Positions 1-14,900 of a DNA stretch of 64,000 nucleotides are shown piece by piece. How positions within the stretch are numbered: the first letter of the stretch is position 1; every line of letters begins with the position of its first letter. The position numbers were made by a program, and so were the translations under genes. The notes under the pieces were generated by a model. It was not told where the DNA came from and searched no databases. It was given only the letters and a program-made list of their open reading frames with translations. This DNA comes from Chrysomallon squamiferum (lineage: Eukaryota; Animalia; Mollusca), in NCBI GenBank assembly GCA_012295275.1, contig CM022671.1, forward strand, positions 8,060,001 through 8,124,000, read 5' to 3'.

Positions 1-437
1 AATACTATAATACCAGTATAATATATCTGTTATTACGAATACTACAGCCTCTGTATTGTTTTAGTGAATATGATACGGATAATACCGGTATAATGTATCT
101 GTGAATATAACTAATCAACGTCTTAGTGAATATAATACAAACAATGCACTCGTTACAATGCCTTTGGAAATATGATGCAAAGTATACAACAACTATAATG
201 ACTTGTGAATATAACACAAACAACTCAACCAATATATAATATCTCTGAATATAACCGCGCACTGATAATGTCAATGGTTTTTGTGGATTTGTGGCAATGA
301 CCTGAGGAACTGAAACAACGAAAAACTAACATGAATTAGTTTATAAAAACTCTACACTCACAGTGACATATTTATAGAGTTAACACGGTCGCTCTTGAAA
401 CGTGAACAGCTTGCCTTGTTAATTAAGTTCTGATTAA

Positions 438-715
438 CATTATCTAAAACTGTAACCTGCCAGATTAATAGCTTATTAACTGAAATTACATTAGAAATGA
501 ATCTATTGACAAAACGAAGTCGTGGAAATTAGGATAGTAACGAAAACACCACGTACGAAACGAAACATTATGTAAAACTGTAACCTGCCAGATTAATAGT
601 TAATTAAATCAATGTGAACATTTTGAACTGGAATTACATTAGAAATTAAACCTTTTACAAAACGAAGACGTTGAAATTAAGATAATAACGAAAACTCCAT
701 GTATCAAACTAAGCG
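438..715. repeat. Tandem duplication of a ~130-150 bp unit
   Basis: acattat.taaaactgtaacctgccagattaatag...aattacattagaaat...acaaaacgaag.cgt.gaaatta.gata.taacgaaaac occurs twice. Confidence 0.85.
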
Positions 716-2714
716 AAGTCAAAGTTAACTTCGGTAGACATTTTGTAAACCATGTTAAGAAAGGGGACAGATAAAACCAGTTTTGTTTGTTTACTGTACA
801 TTTAAATATAGTCAGAATCTAGAATTTTCTAAACTTTACACAACTATTTTCTCTGAAATGCGTAAGCGATATACCATTTAGCCACGCTGTATTAAACAGG
901 ACAAAGTCAGATTGCATCATATTATGCCTAGTTAATTAATAATTATACGATGACTATTCTGTTCTGCTATTCAGATCGTCGACTACAACGATACATTTTT
1001 TATAGGTTGGCCTATCCATGTTGTGATCATTTAGGTCAGTAAACATCACGTGACAATTTTGTAAGCCATAGTTATAGCTCTACTTCAAAAACACACATAA
1101 AAAAAAGTAACCGGTAAAAAGTTCAATAATTATTGGACTAGCCGGACGATCCAGTCTATTTGGTGAACAGTCAATATAACGTAAACAAATTCCAGTCGAT
1201 ATATAGGCGTTATAGCACACGGTTTCTCAACAGTTAGTAACGTAAAAAAAAAAGCCGATAATTCGCTTAGCAATAGCTGGATATAATACTACATGTAGTG
1301 GGATTCTAGGCAAAATCTAATTATAGAACAACTGTAATACTGTAACTGTACGTTTGATAACGTTATCGCATGCCAGGTGAAACTGTACGGTTTGCGTAAT
1401 CTGGCTGCTGGGAAACAGGTCTGAAATGTGCTGTACGATAATGACGTAGACGACAAACAAGGTTATTAATTTTCTGTTATGGCTGATCTATAAATCGACT
1501 ACCAAACCAAACAGAAGAGTCATCTGCAGAGTGAATATGAACTAATTTGCAGACAAATAATTATTAAGTACAAAATAAATAACAGAGACATATAATAATA
1601 TTATTTGCTGCAAACTTTGTTATTGTAGAAACATTTATATCGTATGGTTGAAAAATAGTAAAAATGTAATAACCGTTTCATCATTTGACTGCTATTATGT
1701 GATAAATACTGCTACTAGTAGTAGTAATAATAATAATAAGAAGAAGAAGAAGAAGAAGAAGAAGACGAAGAAAATATTGTCATTTCGTTACTTGTTCATC
1801 CTAATTTACGTTTTTTCCGTTTTACTAGTACAAAGACAGGATAACACATACCATGTCCTTTGACTATTGATTCAGCATATGCTAACGGGAATACAACCCA
1901 AACTGGCACAACCTCGAATAGCCAACCATAGAAGAGCGCTTTATAACTGTTTCTCTGACACGCAAATGGTTCTAATATTATACCATTACGTGAACTTATA
2001 ACACAGCATTTTTTTTTTTTTTTATCAAACATTTAAGTACTGATTTAGATGGGCAAAAAAAAAAAAAAAAAAAAACAGCTTGTAGGTGTTGTAAATTAGC
2101 ATCTAGAGCTAAGATAAATAAGCATCAGCCTATACCAGGATATATTTTAAAAATTCAGGAGCCTTCACCAAAGCACTTTGCGAATTAAGTTATCAGTCAT
2201 GTGCATGTGAGTAGGTATGAACATGCTTCCGTCAGAAAATTCTTCAAGCGTGACGGTTGATCACAACCTCTGATTTCTCCAGAGGTTTGTGCCAAATGTC
2301 AGAAGCAAGGTGTTTATGGTTTTGGATAGCCGGTTGTTCTTTTCTTTTCGTTTCTTTCTACATAAAAAAAAAAAAAAATAAAAAAAAAAAAATTGGAAAT
2401 CGTGGGTCCATGACATAGCCAATGTCCTGCTGAGATCTAAATATGTTTTATCTAAATCGTTGTCTCGATTAAAAATAACTCTGTGATCGACCGAATGATC
2501 CGTCCGACCTCTGTCTGTAGCGCGTTCCCGTAGGTGTATACACGCGGTCGTACACTTGATCTGTAAAAACACACACTTGTACAATCGTCATAACTGCTTA
2601 CTTTATTTACTCTTCAGCTGCATTTATATTCGTTACTAAAATAATGTGGTGCTGTCAGACATTTTGTCTCGTTAAAAAGATCATGTCTGCTTTTTATTTC
2701 ATGAACTCGAGCTA

Positions 2715-2760
<46 letters not shown>

Positions 2761-2828
2761 TTATTTTTATATTGAATGTCATCATCATCGTCATTATTAT
2801 GAACATAATATCACTGTATATTTGACCA

Positions 2829-2831
<3 letters not shown>

Positions 2832-2903
<72 letters not shown>
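2832..2903. repeat. (AG)n microsatellite
   Basis: Direct; similar AG/CT tracts at 11350-11417, 16458-16518, 20866-20925, 29950-30061, 61404-61485. Confidence 0.95.
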
Positions 2904-2906
<3 letters not shown>

Positions 2907-3499
2907 CCAGATGATAAAGAACCTACACATCATTTTAACAAACAAAAATAATGTCATGTTACTCTGGACAACCCTGAATGGTGTACATATTTTTACGCTG
3001 GTACATTGATTAACTCATCCATTTCATGTGCATATATTTGTATATTTTTTATTGTTTGCATGTTTCAGATTGCTGTTTTCTATCATCTTTGCTTTCATAG
3101 TGTAATTTTAGGTCTGTGCATTGTTGTTTTCCCCCATCGTATTTACTTTATCGCAATGTTTCGTAGTTTTGTGATAACATTGGAATGGCATGAGAAGAGA
3201 ATATAAAATGGAGATTTATGGTGATAAAACTACTTTTAATAGGACCATAACATGATACACATGCAATGGAGACGAGCAAGATAAGAAAATGAAATCTGGA
3301 TTTTTCATGATTTCCTCTATGAAAAAAAATTTGTCGAAACAGCATATCGAAATCTCAAATTAAAAATAATTTATATAATATCTTTCATACATTTATGTTA
3401 AAAATATTTTTACAACTTGTATGGGCTTTCATAAAATTTCATCCATTTCTTCGTCATCAATTATTTATTAAATATTTTTACGTTTATTAATTAGTTACT

Positions 3500-3960
3500 T
3501 ATACTATGCCAACGTATTATATATTAACTTACGTATACAATGCCAAATTACTATAATTTTACTTCCGTACACAATGGCTACGTATAAAATATTAGTTTCA
3601 GTGCCAGCTTTTTTTTTTTTTTTTTTTTTTAAATATCAGCTTCCGAAGACTGTACCAACTTGTTTTATATTAACTTCTTTACTTAGTGCCATAGTATCAG
3701 ATCAGCTTTCTGTACAATGCCAACTTTTTATATATCAGGTTCTGTATTCAATGCCAACATATGTGATACTGGTTTCAGTAAACCCTGAAGTTTATTGCAT
3801 ATTAGCTTCCTTATAAATTGCCTGCTATTATTTATTTTCTTCCACAGCTTGTTAGAGCCAGACTTTTTAAATATGATTTTCCGTATACAGTACAAGTGTA
3901 TCGCCAAATGATACATTAAAATCTCACAGAAATGTTTTTTAACATTTTAGTTATACCCGA
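3500..3960. repeat. Highly degenerate ~33-bp tandem repeat
   Basis: Recurrent tacaatgccaa / atatcagctt / atattaactt motifs. Confidence 0.55.
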
Positions 3961-4599
3961 CTGTGTAGTAACCCAACTGTAGTCGTAAAGTACTAAATAT
4001 CAGCTCTAGGTTTATTGAAAAACCAGTGGGACAGGGTATGGAATTAGATTGTGACTGTCGTTGCTTTACCGAAAATAGTTATTACGGCAAACAAAAGTTT
4101 TAATAATGCATGTTAGCAATTAATAGCTAATTAATAACAAATTGTACTGAAACATTAAATTGCTCTGAAATGGAATAACAAATACAAAAATTTAAAAAAA
4201 AAAGAAAAAAAAAAAGAAAAGCTTATGGTAAAAGTTTGTTACAGAATTGTTTTGTTGTATTAACAGCATTACGAATGCCGTATATATTCTGCTTGCTTCT
4301 AATGAATATGAACCTCTTTTGTTTTTCATGAGTAGAATTACTTATTTTACATTATCTGAAACAAGAAAAAAAAAAAAAAACGAACCAAAAAAAAACCCAC
4401 CAAAAACCCCCACCAAAACAAAACAAAACAACAACAACCACAGTAACAATAACAAAAGGTGATCGACTTCTGAGTCACACTGAATAATCGAACACTCACT
4501 GTTGAGGTGTTGGATTGAGGATTACTTTCAGTTGTTGGTATTTCCACTGAGTGTAAAATAAATTAACATGTTAGACGTATTTTTAGCAACAAAACCTGA

Positions 4600-4900
4600 T
4601 CCAGTTATTTCTTCGATAAGTTTACATCTTTTAAATAAGCCATTACGTACATCGTTTTCTTCAGGAAACATTTACATCATTATCTTCATGGAAAACAAAA
4701 CATTATTTTCATCATTTTCTTCACGAGGAGTGAATCACTGTTTGCATAATTTAATCGTCATTTAAATTTTCATTAAAAATAAAACAGTGTTTACATCATT
4801 TTGTTTTCATGACAATTAATGCATTGTTTATACAGTTGTCTTCACTGGAAATAAACCATAATTTACATATCTGTCTTCATGAAAAATAACCCAGTATTAA
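4600..4900. repeat. Degenerate ~35-bp tandem repeat
   Basis: Recurrent tttacatcattttcttcatgaaaa-like core. Confidence 0.55.
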
Positions 4901-6619
4901 CATCTACATTTATTTATTTATTTATTTTTATTTTTTTATTATTATTTTTTTATTTTATTTTATGTTGTTTTATTTTATTCATTTCATTTCATTTTTTTTT
5001 TTTTTTTTTTTTTTTTCTCATGAGAAATAAATATGTACTGTTAAAATGGACAAAAAAGGCATTTCTGTAACTTATTGTTCTCTGAAAATTAAATTTCACA
5101 ATACTTTTCACGCATCACAGCATTCTCGGGCTAATATGAAATCATTATATCGTGAAAAACTCAGACAGACAAACCAAAAAAGAAACATTTCCAAGTTTAT
5201 TTTTCATGAAAAAAAAAAAAAAAAAAAAAAAAGTATGTCGTAATCTCTATGTAAACATTAGTAAGCGACCAATTTGTTCCGTGAGACGGCTGTTCTGATA
5301 ATCCAATAACGTAAAGCGTGCTTGAAATGGCTAGAAATTGTTCTGAACAAAATTACTGTCATGTATTATTAATTCTAAATGTATGCACTAACACACCGTG
5401 TTTCGGCATAACCTTGTTACGAACTTGCCATTACTGTTATTACCTGTGTGTTCTGTGACGGAAACAGAAAAAATGTTGTTGTTGTTTTTAATAATTATTA
5501 TTTTTTAATTCTTAAATAATCATTACAATGAGCCAGAAGCGAAAAGTGCTAACATAAACACACATAAACACGCGTGCAACCAAACATGCATGCACGCACG
5601 CATCGCACGCATCGCACGCACACACACTTCCGTATGTCTTCGGGGATTTGATTGATTTCGATTTCATTATTATTTAAAATCATTATCTGATTTACATCTG
5701 AAAAAAAAAAAATATATATATATATATTTTTATAAGTTAGACTTTTTTTGTTTAACAATACGATAAATAAAAGAATAGTTCGTGTATGTTTTTTGTTATT
5801 TATGTTAATATGAATGCTAACTATATTTTCCTTGTTCGTATAGAATTGTTAAATCTAATCTAATATTGACGATGCTTCATCTTCATATATATGTTATACC
5901 AGTGCTCTTCAGTTCATACAAGTACATGCACACGTGTTTTCCGAACAATAGCGACCATGTTTTAGAAACAAACTAACAAACATATATGATGAATTAATCT
6001 GTATATATACATGTATATATTACATTACATTTTATTCTTTTCTATTCTATTCTATTCTATTCTATTCTATTCTATTCTATTCTATTATGTTCCATTATAT
6101 TATGTTATGCTATAACATGTCATGACATGGTTTGGTATGGTATGGTAGTACTACGTATGTGTGTGTATGTGTGTGTCTTTATGTGTGTGTGTGCACATAT
6201 GTGTCTGTATGTGTTCCCTCTACAGTATAGTTTATAACATTCTCATATTAAGATACGAATAAGAAAGAAAGCAATTAATTGCAGTAAAAACAAATAAAAA
6301 AACAAAACAAAAAAGAAGAATAAAAGAAAAAGAAGACAAATCAATGATATATAAAAGTTAATTATTTATATTACGACATTTGCTGTATAACGTCTAATAT
6401 TTAAAATACTTTTGAAAATGTATTTCTGTTTCGTATATTTACAATGCTGTCGAAACAACGCACTTTATATCAATCTGTACAGAAAGCAAAGTAAATTTTG
6501 TTGTGAACTGTGACCTTTTGAAGAATTTGAAGCAGCAGTTTAATGTAAATATTTGTTTAAAAGATATTTTACCTGTGCATTGGTTAGATTGTTTTTATTA
6601 CTGTTATTGTCACTTAATA

Positions 6620-6970
6620 TGTATGTGTGTATGTATATGTGCATGTATGTAGTTATGTAATATTATATTTATGTATGCATCTGTATGTATGTATTTATAT
6701 ATATGTATATATATATGTATGTATATCTGTATGTATATATATGTATGTATCTGTATGTTTGTAATATATATGTATGTATATGTGTGTGTATGTATGTATG
6801 TTGTATGTTTATATGTATGTATCTTTGTGTATGTATGTATGTATGTATCTATATGTTATATATATATATAGGCGGGTGTGTGTGAGTGTATATATATATA
6901 TATATAATATATGTGTATGTATGTATATTTGTGAGTGTTGCGTATGTTCGCTTATGTCATATATATGTAT
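6620..6970. repeat. (TATG/TA/TG)n compound low-complexity tract
   Basis: Direct. Confidence 0.9.
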
Positions 6971-8812
6971 GAACGAATATGAATGTGACTTTAGTCACCA
7001 GCGTCGCAGTGCTGTTGATTTGAGACATTGCGTCATACCAAGCAGTACAATTCAGCTGACAGCGTGAATGATGCAATATTGAAATCTATACACTCACAGC
7101 GGTGGCATTATTATTTACATTATACTGCTGTGTGTATTCTGCCTATAAATGAACTTGGGCGTGCAAAATGATTGTTTATTTATATAAATGATTTCATCAG
7201 CTTGATTTTGCATTTTAATATCTTCTGTGTGTTTGTGTGTGTGGTGTTAATCGATACGAAATCAGCGGCTGTAATAATTTATATCTAAGATCTAAACTAA
7301 AGGTCACATAACGAAATATTTAACATAGTATTTCATTACATAATTTCATTGAAGACAGTGTCGTTTAATTTTAAATATTGTAAATGGATTTCTTCCTTAC
7401 TTCATTTCTTATTACTTTTAAATCGTATAATGTTTGATTTTCTTTTCCTTTTTATAAGAAAATGTTTAAAAAGACACTCCCTTTCTTTCTTTTTTCGTCG
7501 GGGAGGTTGATAATGAATAATAATTAAAAAATTCTTAGATATTATACCGATGTTCATGAATTAACAATGATAATTCAGTTTTAACCTGACACCGATTTTG
7601 CCCTAGCTGTTGATAATACTACATATAATACATATACTCTGTTATTCTTTATTCGAAATAATTTTCAGATGAAAAATATAATAACCATTACTGTGGCTAC
7701 ATAACTGAAAATAAAATTTCAGAACTGAATACTCTGTGAAAAGAAAACCCGAATTTTCTCAGTTTTCTCCAAAAATTAATTGTAAAGGTTTTATGTGTTT
7801 TTGTTTTGTTTCTTTTTTAAATTTTTATTATTTCATTCCCTCAAACTACATGTTTTATTACATAATTAGATCTATTTCGTCTTTTATAACCCGAAGGCTC
7901 AAAACGAAGCCATATTTTATTACATGCATCTTCAGTCAAGGCATCGACAAGTAGCTCAGCTCTAATAAATAACTTCTGTAGGTTTACAGGTTTACTATGT
8001 GTGCTTGTATCAGAAGAATTAACATACAGTCTTGGCAGAAAGACAACACGAAGTCATTTGTATCCACGTTTCTATAAAATCTACCGGCCGCCATGTTGCA
8101 TCGTATAATAATGATTGAACAACAACCTGACCAAGATATCGGTTATTAACGTAACGTAACGGTATTGAGTTTTAGTCATTTTACATTACGATTTAAAATG
8201 TAAACTAACAAACAAAAACTGTTTGACAGAATGATGAATGTGGTGAGATATTTTTCGTTAGCGGTTGCATTCTCCATGCTTTTGCGGTCTCACATCAGTG
8301 TTTTATTTACTATTAAAGTGTAATTTCAGAAATAACAATGAATTCTTTTCGTCCGGCTGTAGTTAGCTTCAGAAAACTTTGAGGGGTAAAAAAAATTAAA
8401 AAAAAAAAAAAAAAAAAAGGCTTGGGAAAACTATGAATCAATAATTAAAAGAGAGAGAGAGAGAGAGAGAGAGAAAAAAAAAATAAACTGATTTTAAAAA
8501 ATTAGTTTTCTGAAGGCAATATATGATTTGAAACTAATAGTCAGAAAATACGTTGAAGTTCTCAGTTATATCAACACGAAGTGTCAACATGCGGAAGATC
8601 CGGAATCGACAGTCAACCACCTGCTTATTTATGACAGATGGTTTTCATATCCTTCTCGAGGATTTTGCCCTCGGATGGATATGTCATTATCATTGTAGAA
8701 AACAAGCTGACAAACAAAGTGGATACTTTCTTAGATCCATCCATTTTCACTGTTTGGTCATGTTTTTTGTAAAATTTTAGTTTATGGTCTGCATAGCAAA
8801 TGAAACAAAATA

Positions 8813-9105
8813 CAGGTACCGGACAAATTATCCGGACTCCTTGGGGCCTGAGGTATTCCGGATTTCTGAATTCTCCGGTTTTCAGGTACCAAGGCATCTA
8901 AACACGTAAATAATTTGTATTAACATTTTAAAATTAAAAACATAAAGAAAATTGACAATACACAACTGTGGTGACTTGACACGTAAACAATACGGCGAGT
9001 GAATGAACTCCACGCGGCTTGAGAGAGTAGTTCCTGTCTGGTGAGGGCAACGCCCGCGCGCGCGAACTATGAAAATAGCGTTGAAAAAAAAACTTCCGGT
9101 ACCTG
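8813..9105. mobile_element. Tc1/mariner-type MITE
   Basis: Perfect TIR CAGGTACCGGA / TCCGGTACCTG, TA on both sides, ~293 bp, no coding capacity. Confidence 0.7.
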
Positions 9106-11348
9106 TATATCTTATTATTTTTTTTTTCCCCTGTTAAATGAACTTGTCTTATAATGATTGATATAGTTAGCGTGAATAATTTCTCTCGCTTTTGTCAGAA
9201 AAATATTACTGTATGTCTGGACCCATTGCCATTTATTATAAGCTTCTTGCCAGACAGAATGAAGTAACCATCAGGTGATTCTCTTTTACTTCTTATTCTT
9301 TTCTATGGTAAAAACACACCAAATATCTTTTTTTTTTTTTTTTTTTTATCCTTTTCAGACCTATTCTGTTATTTTGATTATTTGACTCTTGAAATGTCTG
9401 TGATATTTTGTAGCCTGTTGGGCTTCGATGATATGCATTTTGTCTCAGCTGTCTGAGGAAGGAGATATCGAATTTCTTTCTTACGGCTGGCTTCTGGCTC
9501 CACCCTACCCCCACTGTTCATACGTAGGCATCGATCATGACATTTTCGTGGATAATGTGCTTATGGTGGAGTTGACGGTAATAATATTTTAATGCTGCCT
9601 TCATGCTGCTAGCATATCTGGCGTTCGTCTTGCACGCAAAGCAAGCCAGGTCAGTGTCTGTTGACGCTACATCATTCTTCAGGTAGTTCACTTTCTCAAA
9701 CGACCTTGATGCATTTTGCATCTAGTAGTTTAGTAAAAATCTGCACTACTTAATTTAGCGTGTTTGCAGCTAGGTCTGCTGCCTCTGTGTTTCACTTATT
9801 AGCAGTAGACCAATCAATAATGATTCGGCCTGAAATAACTTGTTAGGGTAATATGCTGAATAACATATACAATGAGCTAGAGTACACAGTGGTACGAAAA
9901 TATTTGATTACAATTTATTTTTTTCCCTTTTTGTCATTCCCACTGATAGCCCATAACTATGAAATTTGTGAACAAATATTTAAAATTAGCTGTTTATTTA
10001 ATTCATTATATTTTTCAATAAGTCATTTGAAAGACAGCTTAAAATACAATAACCACATATAACAGACAATAATTACATTACATTTAAACATTAGCTGCAT
10101 ACAACTTCTGAATTAAAATGGCACAGTTCAGAAGAAAACGATTTACTTTAAAATGTGAAAATGCAATAAAAACATAAACTGGTATAACATAAGAGATCAA
10201 AATGTTAAGCGGATAAAATGTCAACAGCTAATATGTCGACGGTCAGTATATTAGTGGACGTCCTGTCAGTCTTTAATGTGGAGCCTCAGTCCAAATCAGC
10301 AAATGCCAATTTGTACAAAAACGATTGGAACAGTTCTTATAGGTACATGTTGACTAAATAAATAAATAAATAGCTGAATCTGTCACTGAGTAGTCAAAGA
10401 AAGGATCATATAGTTTTTGTTAATTATTTGAGACAGTTTGAAAAACGGATTTTTTTTTTCATAGTTAATATTTTGTGACCGCAGACATTTTTGTACATTC
10501 AGATTTTCACCACTGACATTTTGTTGTGACTGTTTTGCTGTGGAGTTAAACGAAATTGATTCCATTTTGAACGTTTTTCTGTTCTACTTAATGATTCAAT
10601 TTACCTCATGACTTTAGGCCAAGAAAGCAATAGATTTGCGTCCGAACAGTTTTAAAAGCATATGAGACTTTTTCATTTTACATTAATCATTATTTTTACT
10701 GATGTATTATTTGCACAGTTGATTCATTTCAAATAGAATATAAACTATCGAAACATTTTCATTTAATTTTAATTAAAATAGCTAGGGTCTCTGTGATTCA
10801 TTGTCTCCTTTGGATTGGTGGATCATGGTAGTGTTAACTGAATGACTTATCGCTTGAAATCAATGAAAAATTGGCAAATGATCGATTCGAATCGCTGAAA
10901 CAGAAGGATCAGTTACATCGTTCATCACATTTAAGAGTTCGGCAATTTTCGTCAATATTTGCGATATACTGCTTTCTGCTCGAGAGTTCAATGCTCTGTG
11001 AGGTTACATTTTTGTATATATGACGGATATGATAGTTTTGACTCGAAGGATCTCGTAGATTTTACCACTTTTGATGATTTGGAACTTGAATTTGTGTGAT
11101 GACATTGTAGTGCATTTTTTGTTCAAATAAAGAAACTTTTCGGCAGTATCTTTCACACCATTCTGGCGGTGAAGGCAGTTGTATAACTTACATTCTCATT
11201 GCCTTAACTAAAATATAAAAATACTCTGAAAATAAATGATTAATACAAATTTTGTTACATAATCCGTTATTTTTATTTTTCCGACAAGGGTTGCCATTTT
11301 ATAAGCGGATAACAAAATCCCATATAAACTACTGTTGAAATGGTTGTT

Positions 11349-11419
<71 letters not shown>

Positions 11420-11925
11420 ATTATGTCAGTTGGTTAGTGAAATTTCATCGAGTTACATAAATATAATTTCAGCTAAGACATTTTGGTGTTGCAATTTATC
11501 AAAAGTTTTGCCGCCATTGCGGTCTAAAAATAGCACTGCAACAACAAGATGACCTGAATAAGTCGAATGTCGACAAGATAACGTCAGTCAACTCCGTCTG
11601 TTCGTAAACATTATTTGGACTTCCGGTAGAATATGCTTAGTTTATATGTTACTTAAATGTTATTATTATTAAACCTCGACTTTTGAAGTTACTGAAAACT
11701 ATTAAATCAAGAATAATAATTTTAAAATTTAAAATAACTTTGAATTATAAAGCACATGAAACGTGTTCATCAGTTATGGCTATCAGTATAAGCTTTCTGC
11801 TTCTTCTGAAAAACAGCAAAAATAAAACAAACAAATTCAGTGATAGTATAATAATTCTACAGGTAAAATATCAACATGATTTCGACATTCTGAAAATGGA
11901 AAAGAAACAAAACAGTTTGTTAAGC

Positions 11926-11975
<50 letters not shown>

Positions 11976-14900
11976 GAATTTTGTGTAAGCTGCATGAAAA
12001 TAAAATAAATAATAATAATAAAAGAAGAAGATAGAAAAAAATAAATAAAAGTACAAATCAAATGCCTATTTTAATTATCAATGAAATCTGTCTTTTGAAC
12101 ATTTTGGTATAACCAATAATGGCGGTGAACGACTACTGCTATGGACTAATTTTCGATCTGTTTTCCAAATCTATATGTGTAACTTTTTTAGATAAATTTT
12201 GCCAGCTTGTATGTTTGAAATAGTATTGAATATTAATGTGTTTGTAGAGAAAATATTATTTTAAAACATGCATACAAACTGAATACGAATCGAAAACTAT
12301 ACATCAGTCGACGTTCATCGCGTTTGCCCGCCATCATGTTCTTAAAATAGACATCGAACGACAACTTGACCTAAATTGAAAATAATGGTTAGAACGTTCG
12401 TATGCGGAGAGATTCGTGATAGCTCATAAGCTGTGTTCCGGTACGTTTGCTAGTCAAGATGGCTCAGGTATCATTATCAGTGAATTAAGGGTTATGGATT
12501 CAGATTTCTGGTACTAGTTCACGTCTGTTCCCAAACAAAAAAGAAGAAGAAAAAAAAAACAAAAAAAAAAAAACGTGGGAAGCTTTAACGTAAATAGAAT
12601 TCTTCCATTCTCTCAGCATGTATGAACATCAGTCAAATACAAGTAGGTTGTTAAATGCAAATAATAATCATTTCGATTTAATATTTCTTCTTTTGTTTTT
12701 AAAATAAAAACAAAATAAAACAATTAAATTCCTCAAGAATGATGAAAAACACAAAATGCCAGCTACTGAAATAGAAGCCATTTTTAAATGCGGGACCTTT
12801 GAAATTAGGCATCCAAAATAATTAGTTAATTATAAAAGCCAAAGTGAAATCTACAATTATTAAAATAATGTGCTTGTTAATAAAGTTTCATTGATAATAT
12901 GATACATGATAGCAGTAGTAACATTAGAAGCAGCAGCATCAGCAGTAGCAATAAGCAATAGTTTTAATCCGCATTTCGTTATGGGTCATTCACACTGTGT
13001 ATGAATGGGTATTTATTTTATCATTACTAATAGGACCGGATTTATCTTTTACAAAGGACAGGATATGGTGTAGAAGAAATATATCTGACTCAACCAGTGT
13101 CATACCAAATGGAAGATGTATATTTTCTTCTAACTGACAAAGATAAGCCACTGAGGTGTGGCAGCTGGTTTCCTCTCTGGTTTGATGTGTATGTGTGTGT
13201 GACATGTTTTGTTTATTTATTTGAATACTGCGCCATATCACTAACTGATCTTCACTGCAGATCTTATACCGGAATTCGAAAATGTTGGTAACAGTGGTAT
13301 ATGTTTAAAAATTCATATATGAATAAAACTTTTAAAAGTTATGTAATCCTCTAAAATTTATAACAACGTGGGGGAAAACAACAACAAGAGTACAATAACA
13401 AAATGCAGCGATTGCTTTTGTTATTTCTATATTTGATTAATGATCCTCATTAACGGGAGGCATTTTGACTATTGATGCTTAGTCGTCCATTAACATTTTC
13501 TCTGTTGACATTTTATCGCAAAATAATTTGTTAAAAATAACAACGAATGTACCCGTCATAAATTTTCTCTATTTTTTTTTTTTTTAATTTTTACCCGCCC
13601 TGAATAATCATGCAGTTGTTATGTTAAGTATAAACTTTATCAACTATGTGCTTTACGCAATGCACACGGAAATTAGCTTAGATTTTGGGCGTTTACCTGA
13701 GTAGACTGAGTATTTATAACAAGCGGAGTTCCTACTTTGCACATTAGCAAACTGTGACCTTATACTTGAAGTTTAAATTTTATTTATATATAGGCAGGAT
13801 TTCACCTTATACACAAGCAGATTTTATGCTTATGCAAAAGCTGATATGATTATACATAAATGGATTCCAGGCTTATACATGAGCAGAATTTATGTTTCAC
13901 ACTAGTGTACAGCATATGTTTATACGTGAACAGATTGTCTACCAATACAAGAGTAGATTATGTGCCTTATACATCTATCTCACTGTCAAAAGTAGACCTA
14001 TACGTTTTTATTGAGAAACATTCTTCAAAAATCAATTGTACACCAGTAATAAGTTGTTACAGGTTGTTAGTTACTAAGCAGTAAATGGCTTTACTGCCAT
14101 CTTAAAATATACTATCAGTATACATATACAATCGTCTTAAAATAACTTCCGTAAATATGTTACCACCATCGTAAATAACTTCAGTAAACAGGCTGCTGAC
14201 CTCAATTTAACTGATGACAGTATTCAGTGTCATGTACGCAAGAAATAACTGCTTTGTTTTTGTAAGATTGACTGTAATTATTGCTTTATTGTGAATTCTT
14301 CTTATTATTATTACTCATTACTATGGTAATATATATTGTAAATAAAGAGTTTTGTCTTTTAATACCTGATGAAAATACATAAACATGTATATGTGGTGTG
14401 TCTGTTTATTAAGCTCTCATAAAAATGTATGAGCGGCAATGGTACGAAGGTAAGAATGCAGTTATTTACTTACCTGTTGTAAATGTAAATAAGCGATAAT
14501 GAGTAAATCTATAATAACATTGACCTATCTATTAATCTATTACTTGTCTTATCTGAAAGAATGTCAATAAAAAAAATGAATGATCTTTTAGGATTTGCTG
14601 TTTTATTATCAATAAAAGCTGCAGAGGACACGTGCAGTTATGTAAAAATTAACTTGTGTTTTTTGTGTCATTGCAGCATTTTAACAACTACTTTCGATAT
14701 ATGTTTTGTTAGTGTTATATTTTTAATATTTTCAAAACTCTGACAAGAAATTAATTTATCCCTGAAAAGAGAATCCATAATTATTTTTTTTTTATTACGA
14801 TATATATAAAAGCATTATTAACACAAATGATATATTTTGCTGTTGTTATTATTAGTATTATGGACTGAATACATTTTTGAAACTACGACATTTTACTGAA

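Noticed and set aside
6671-7067. ORFs rich in Y/M/C/V, and similar poly-I/L/V/N/ER/SL ORFs across the window
   Set aside because: Translations of microsatellites.
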